From an uncultured Thermococci archaeon (GTDB lineage Archaea; CAYQAE01; CAYVLA01), in NCBI GenBank assembly GCA_964549615.1, contig CAZJVP010000036.1:1-52412 (forward strand): a stretch of DNA of 52,412 nt. The letters are read 5' to 3'. The number at the start of each line of letters is the position of its first letter. Position 1 is the first letter of the stretch. The notes beneath the pieces are model-generated. The model worked only from the letters and a program-made list of their open reading frames with translations, searched no databases and was not told the DNA's origin. Shown here in pieces: positions 47,640 through 52,412 of this stretch. The position numbers and the translations under genes were made by a program.

Positions 47640-49503
47640 GCCCCATCCTGAGGCGCAGCAGATCCTCGGTGTTATCGGCGTGGATGAATATGGGCACGTT
47701 CCGCATCCCGGCTGCAGCGTAGGATGAAACCAGCCAGTCGCCGGGCGCGAACTCCAACGTCTTCTCGAGTATCCCCATGTCGATGGCAAAGACGTCGCTC
47801 ACGACGGTTCGGTCGTACGGCCGGGGAAGCGTTCCAACGAAGTACGTGTGCAGCTGTTGGAGGGCGTTTGTGTTCAGATACGCGATCCTCTGCGTTGATA
47901 TGCAGCACCCTATGCCGTACTTGCGTCCCTGACGCAGGAGGCGCTCTATGCTCTTTGAGCATTGGCCCTCCAGCCCCGAGGCACCTTGGGACGGGATGAA
48001 CTCCTGAGCTTCGTCGAAGACGAAGAGGATGTAGGGCCTCAGCCTGAACTGGAAGCTCCGCCGCCGCAGGATCTCCGAGGTGAGCTCGATGGCCAACCGG
48101 CGGATGCGGTCAGGATCGGATATCGACAGGCACACCGCCCTCGTTTCCTCCTCAAGCGCATCGCAGATCCGCTCGAGGGTGTACTCGTTGCGCTTCGGCT
48201 TCCACGCATGCTGGGAGGCCAGATTGACGAGTTCGGGCAGGCGCTTCATCGCGGTCGCCCAATTGTGGAGGGTCGACCCCTTGCGGAGGCCTCGCTCCTC
48301 AAGGACCATCTCCGCCTCCTCCCCCATCGAACGCGCGGAGGAATCGTCCGGCACATTCTCCTCGGAGACGCCTCTCTCTTTCATCCTTGCCATGACCCTC
48401 AGCCTTATCTCCTGCGCCGCTTGGCCCTGCGGGGAGTCCACGCTATCGCCGATGTCCGAGAGCTGGCGCAGGATGCCGCCGTAGGTTGGCATGTCGAATC
48501 TTGGCGGCTCCGAATAGTAGCCGACGCGCCCGAGGTCCAGCATTTTCTGGAACAGCGGAGTCGCCCGCTCCTCTCCTTCGAATTGCTTCGGCTTGACTAC
48601 CGAGTTACAGAGCTGGCCTGCGCCCGACACCTCCCCCTCCAAGACGATGAGAGACGGGATCCCGTCATCGGAGAAGACATCCGCAAGAAGGAAGGGGTAC
48701 TCGCAGGAGACGTCGAATATCACGACCTTGGAGTCCTCAAGGTGCAGCAACATTCGCCGCAAGATGTTGGCCATGAGGTTCGACTTTCCTCCGCCCGTGA
48801 ACGAGAAGATCCCGAAATGGTACCTCAGCAGCGCTTCGAAGTCAAGATAGAACGGTATGAGGCTCTCGCCGTGCGACAGGAACATCTTGATCGTGCCGAC
48901 TCTGGGATCATCCCACCGGTCGATCGCCTGGCCCTTCCACTGCAGCTTTTCCAGCACGGACTCGTTGTACATCCTGTTGATCATCTTTGAGTTGAGGAGG
49001 AGCGCCTCCTCCCCGAGCTTGGGGAAGGAGAAACCCCTGAGGAACTCGGTTCCCTTTGGCCCGAGGAGCAGGTCATAGTTTATCGGGATGGCGCTGAGAT
49101 GCACCATCATCGTGGAGCGATCATCCGTCGACCAGTCGGGAACGGCCTGCTCTATGATCTCGAACTGCATTGGGTAGTAGCTGTGATCGGACAGTCCCCT
49201 CAAGCCGAAGTGTTCGGGCAGGATCTTGCTGATCTCAAGGAGGGTGAAACGCTCGCATCCCGGGCGGGACTTGAAGTTCCGCACGGCGAGCAGCATCCCT
49301 TCCTCCAAGAGCCTCATGATCTCGCTGTGGTACTCGACCTTTATCCTGCAGTCGTACCTTGCGGAGATGCCGGAGAAACGTCCCTCGCCCTGGAGCTGGG
49401 GCGCCCTGCTCGGGATGACCCGGCTCAGCCTCGCCTTGAATCGGCCCTCGAAGTCGGTGAAGTACTCCTCATACCCCTTCGACGATCCTTCTTGATTGCT
49501 CAA
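47629..49503 (-). CDS. herA: HerA-family ATPase/helicase
   Basis: HFGIFSFTGGGKSN (Walker A), FVFDEAQEF (Walker B) and LLRQGRKYG...STQR; N-terminal HAS-barrel-like region. Confidence 0.88.
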   Translation of the reverse strand: MSNQEGSSKGYEEYFTDFEGRFKARLSRVIPSRAPQLQGEGRFSGISARYDCRIKVEYHSEIMRLLEEGMLLAVRNFKSRPGCERFTLLEISKILPEHFGLRGLSDHSYYPMQFEIIEQAVPDWSTDDRSTMMVHLSAIPINYDLLLGPKGTEFLRGFSFPKLGEEALLLNSKMINRMYNESVLEKLQWKGQAIDRWDDPRVGTIKMFLSHGESLIPFYLDFEALLRYHFGIFSFTGGGKSNLMANILRRMLLHLEDSKVVIFDVSCEYPFLLADVFSDDGIPSLIVLEGEVSGAGQLCNSVVKPKQFEGEERATPLFQKMLDLGRVGYYSEPPRFDMPTYGGILRQLSDIGDSVDSPQGQAAQEIRLRVMARMKERGVSEENVPDDSSARSMGEEAEMVLEERGLRKGSTLHNWATAMKRLPELVNLASQHAWKPKRNEYTLERICDALEEETRAVCLSISDPDRIRRLAIELTSEILRRRSFQFRLRPYILFVFDEAQEFIPSQGASGLEGQCSKSIERLLRQGRKYGIGCCISTQRIAYLNTNALQQLHTYFVGTLPRPYDRTVVSDVFAIDMGILEKTLEFAPGDWLVSSYAAAGMRNVPIFIHADNTEDLLRLRMGLNC

Positions 49504-51367
49504 TGCCAGACCTCCTTTCCCTGAAGCTTGACATGTAGAAGACGAAATCCCGGACTTTCCGGTTGGTCATGATCCATGAGGCCGTCGTCTCGACCATCCT
49601 CCGGAAGCACTCGTTGTTCCACTTGGCGACCTTGTCCGCTATGAAGAGCGGCTTGTTATGCCCAAAAAGCTCCGGAATGTCGGAGCTCGTCATGGCCGCC
49701 AGCATGCAGACAACGAGGTTCTGAAGCTCGCTGGGAGATGACGCGCTCCTTGGCAGGACTAGTCTGACGGGCTCAATCGCCTTGCCGTACTCGTTCTTCA
49801 GCTCCGTCAGGGAGCTCTCCCCCGCGTCGAATCCTGGATGGGCGAGCCGGTCCGTCAGCAGCACGTTGCTGCGGAACCTGTTGTCCCTCCTGGCTTTGGC
49901 CAGTTGGACGTAAGACTTGAGCATGAGCCTCTCCGGCACGATCTTGTTCCTGATGGACCCGCGCACCCTGTCAGTTCCGGCGGCAGGATCGTGGACGACC
50001 GTTCGCATGGCGCAGTCGTACTCGGCGAGTGCCCACGGCACGTCGAGCTTCGCGGCGTTCATCATCGACATTGCCTGAAGGAACATCCTGTCCGTATCGG
50101 GTATCTCTTGGAACGCCTTGGCCTCGATCCCCCCAGGGAAGGCGCCGATGTTTGAGAGCAGCGGTAGGACGTGGCGCTTGAAGTCTCTGGCCGCCGTGTC
50201 CTTCGTCAACCCGATGAGCAGGATCCGGCGCGACCAACACTCTTCGATCAGCATGTTGATCGTGAACAGGGTGAGGAATGCGAGGTCCAGCGAGGTGAGC
50301 CTCTTAGTTGTGCCTTCAAGTTGCAGGGCCAAGCACGCGCTGGGCTCGCCCCTCTCGGCGAACATGCGATCGCCGATCTGACGGACCATGGACTTGACCC
50401 TCTGCCAGTAACGTTCATACCTAGATGCCATCCGGTAATCCCCGAGGATATCCCCGATCATGCCCTCGTCCTTGAGGCGCTTGAGCTGCCTTGATGCGCG
50501 ATCCCTCTGGGCACCGGTAGTTAGGCCGAGCGCCCTGCAGATCCGGTTGAGGTCGCCCCTGTTCCCCGCCTCTAGGTAGTGAAGGATTGCGTAGCGGAGG
50601 TAGTCCCCGCGGGCGGGAAGGGTCCCAAGCTCGACATTGTGGATTCTGTGCCGGGAGTAGAAGATCTCGTTCTCGTCGATCGGGATGCCGTCCACCGGGT
50701 AGCCCACGATCGAGCAGGCACTGCGCCAGATGCTTCTCTTGGATGTGTCGAAGACGAGGGACCCGAGCTCACCCGACAGCGTCCGGTCCATCAGGATGAT
50801 CCGTGCAGGTTCATCTGGGTCCGAGGCGAGCTTGTATGCGAGGTAGAACTCCGAGAAGGTCATAATCCGGCCAGCAATCTCGGAGTTGGTGACCACGTCG
50901 GAATCGGTCAGGAGCTTCCCCGCGGATATCCCGTCCTGCCCCCGAGCCCATGTCGTCTGGTCGATATCGGCAACCTGATTCACGTACAGGGGCGCACAGG
51001 CGCAGATGCCCTTCGCGTCCCGGAGGTTATCCGGATCGTATTCTACCTGCACCCCCGAAGGCGTGAAGCGCACGGTTCCCGTTGCAGCGTAAGAGCCGCC
51101 GAAGAAGACGACGAGATCGAATAGGAGCCTCGAGTAGCTCGTGCCGTCCACGGCGGCGAACCGAACAGCATCGGTGCCGAAGAACCGCCTGGCGGTTTCG
51201 CACGACCGGGCCGAGTCGAAGGACTGGATCAGAAGATGGGAAAGCACGCCATCGTAGAGCTTCGATGCCGACGCGAACCTTCTCTGGTGTTCCATGATCT
51301 CCTGTTCGGCCCCGCTTCTCAGCACGCCGCCCATCCACCTGATCCTTTCCCCGATGCGGTCCTCCAA
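49469..51367 (-). CDS. nurA: Long NurA-family nuclease
   Basis: FAAVDGT, ILMDRTL, IGLTKD and GHNKPLFIADK; overlaps the herA start. Confidence 0.8.
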   Translation of the reverse strand: MEDRIGERIRWMGGVLRSGAEQEIMEHQRRFASASKLYDGVLSHLLIQSFDSARSCETARRFFGTDAVRFAAVDGTSYSRLLFDLVVFFGGSYAATGTVRFTPSGVQVEYDPDNLRDAKGICACAPLYVNQVADIDQTTWARGQDGISAGKLLTDSDVVTNSEIAGRIMTFSEFYLAYKLASDPDEPARIILMDRTLSGELGSLVFDTSKRSIWRSACSIVGYPVDGIPIDENEIFYSRHRIHNVELGTLPARGDYLRYAILHYLEAGNRGDLNRICRALGLTTGAQRDRASRQLKRLKDEGMIGDILGDYRMASRYERYWQRVKSMVRQIGDRMFAERGEPSACLALQLEGTTKRLTSLDLAFLTLFTINMLIEECWSRRILLIGLTKDTAARDFKRHVLPLLSNIGAFPGGIEAKAFQEIPDTDRMFLQAMSMMNAAKLDVPWALAEYDCAMRTVVHDPAAGTDRVRGSIRNKIVPERLMLKSYVQLAKARRDNRFRSNVLLTDRLAHPGFDAGESSLTELKNEYGKAIEPVRLVLPRSASSPSELQNLVVCMLAAMTSSDIPELFGHNKPLFIADKVAKWNNECFRRMVETTASWIMTNRKVRDFVFYMSSFRERRSGIEQSRRIVEGV

Positions 51368-51632
51368 CGTGATCGCGCCTCGCGTCTCAGCATGGAAGCG
51401 GATGCCTTCCCTAGAAGTAGGTTTCGTTCACCCAGGGCAGCAGGCAGTCGGATTGGCTTCAGACTGGCGGGCATGACGCAGTTGGCTCATTGTCCGTGTC
51501 GGCAAGCGAGGCGCAGAATGCATGGACTTCCCTCAGGATGAATGGTTGTTCCACTTAAGCATGGATGGCTGTGAAGCGAACCGCTACCAGGCTCGGGCGG
51601 TCCAGGGACCCGACGGCGTCCAGGTCCGTCGC

Positions 51633-51845
51633 TCATTTCGCGAGTATCGGCACCACATAGCCCGCGATTATCCACGAATACCAAAGGTCCCTCGCGAACC
51701 ACCATGGCACCTTCCTCTTGAAGAGTAGGCTGAAGGACGAATGATCGCAGGAGTTATCAAGCCACATCATCTCCAGCTGCCAAAGCCCTATTAATAGTAG
51801 GGAACCGGAGACGATCCCTGCGAGGGCCTGGATATTGGCCGCCAT
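51633..51845 (-). CDS. Small membrane protein (2 TM)
   Basis: 70-aa ORF with two hydrophobic, Trp-rich segments. BRE/TATA-like AAACACCTTATC lies about 45 bp upstream. Confidence 0.5.
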   Translation of the reverse strand: MAANIQALAGIVSGSLLLIGLWQLEMMWLDNSCDHSSFSLLFKRKVPWWFARDLWYSWIIAGYVVPILAK

Positions 51846-52164
51846 GGAACGTGTCTCCGACGATCGTGGTGGGTCCCGCGCGAGTGCCTGATAAGGTGTT
51901 TCCCGAGGGCTGCGGCCCCGTTGCCTAGCGTGAGTAGCTTTACGCCCGTCTTCGATGACCTCCTGCCGGGACCGCGCCTTCTTTCTATGCAGAGGGAGGG
52001 CGTTCCGACTCCGGGCGACCCCCGCAGGTCACGATGCCCCAGATCGGGCGACGGCAGGGAGGATAGGCAATCAGGAGGAGACTGATCCAAGACCGTCAGC
52101 CTTCCTTGGGCAAACTGCCGCGCGTATGCAGGCCATCCCCGAGCGCGACGTGCGCGCCGGAAGA

Positions 52165-52172
52165 TTATATAA
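52165..52172 (+). promoter_or_regulatory. Archaeal TATA box (TTATATAA)
   Basis: Preceded by the purine-rich GGAAGA; about 32 bp before TTG 52204. Confidence 0.65.
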
Positions 52173-52203
52173 CGGCGCAAGCCCGGAGAGACCGGGCGAG
52201 AGC

Positions 52204-52412
52204 TTGCGGAGCTTCCAGGTCAAGGACGATATGCAGACCAAATTCGGCACGATATACGGGCCGGAAGAGATCGCGGCGGTGACGGAGGTCATCCGTGCGG
52301 GTGCTCCGACCAACGATGCGAAGGTGCGAGCTTTCGAGGAGGCATTCGCCAGGTACTGCGGAGTGAAGTGGGCGGTCGCGGTTACGTCTGGCACCACCGC
52401 GTTGAACCTAGG
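52204..52412 (+). CDS. DegT/DnrJ/EryC1/StrS PLP aminotransferase, N-terminal part (runs off the window; not in the ORF track)
   Basis: Translates as ...YGPEEIAAVTEVIRAG...KVRAFEEAFARYCGVKWAVAVTSGTTALNL. Confidence 0.88.
   Translation, partial: MRSFQVKDDMQTKFGTIYGPEEIAAVTEVIRAGAPTNDAKVRAFEEAFARYCGVKWAVAVTSGTTALNL

Overview
This 52.4 kb GC-rich window is most likely archaeal. The evidence is TATA/BRE-like boxes about 25-45 bp before many starts, a nurA-herA pair, a stand-alone Lrp/AsnC domain, and DUF116, MTH1187 and DUF2116-like zinc-ribbon genes. Most genes serve carbohydrate use or the cell surface: GH4, GH9-like, two clan GH-A enzymes, GH129/DUF5696-like, GH98-like, a sulfatase, epimerases, an MFS transporter, and a 1619-aa CARDB/beta-propeller/C25-peptidase protein. 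The most unusual segment is about 14.6-16.8 kb on the minus strand. There an archaeal TATA-containing leader and a cas-less two-repeat CRISPR mini-array (37-bp repeats ending ATTGAAAG, 38-bp spacer) abut an integron-type gene cassette bounded by two attC sites. No cas gene or integron integrase is in the window, and pseudogenes flank the segment. The window also holds an expanded family of membrane-anchored GATase-like proteins with a highly conserved TM/cytoplasmic tail (three intact copies and a remnant), twice followed by a paralogous partner gene. All family assignments come from motifs recognised by eye; no database searches were run.
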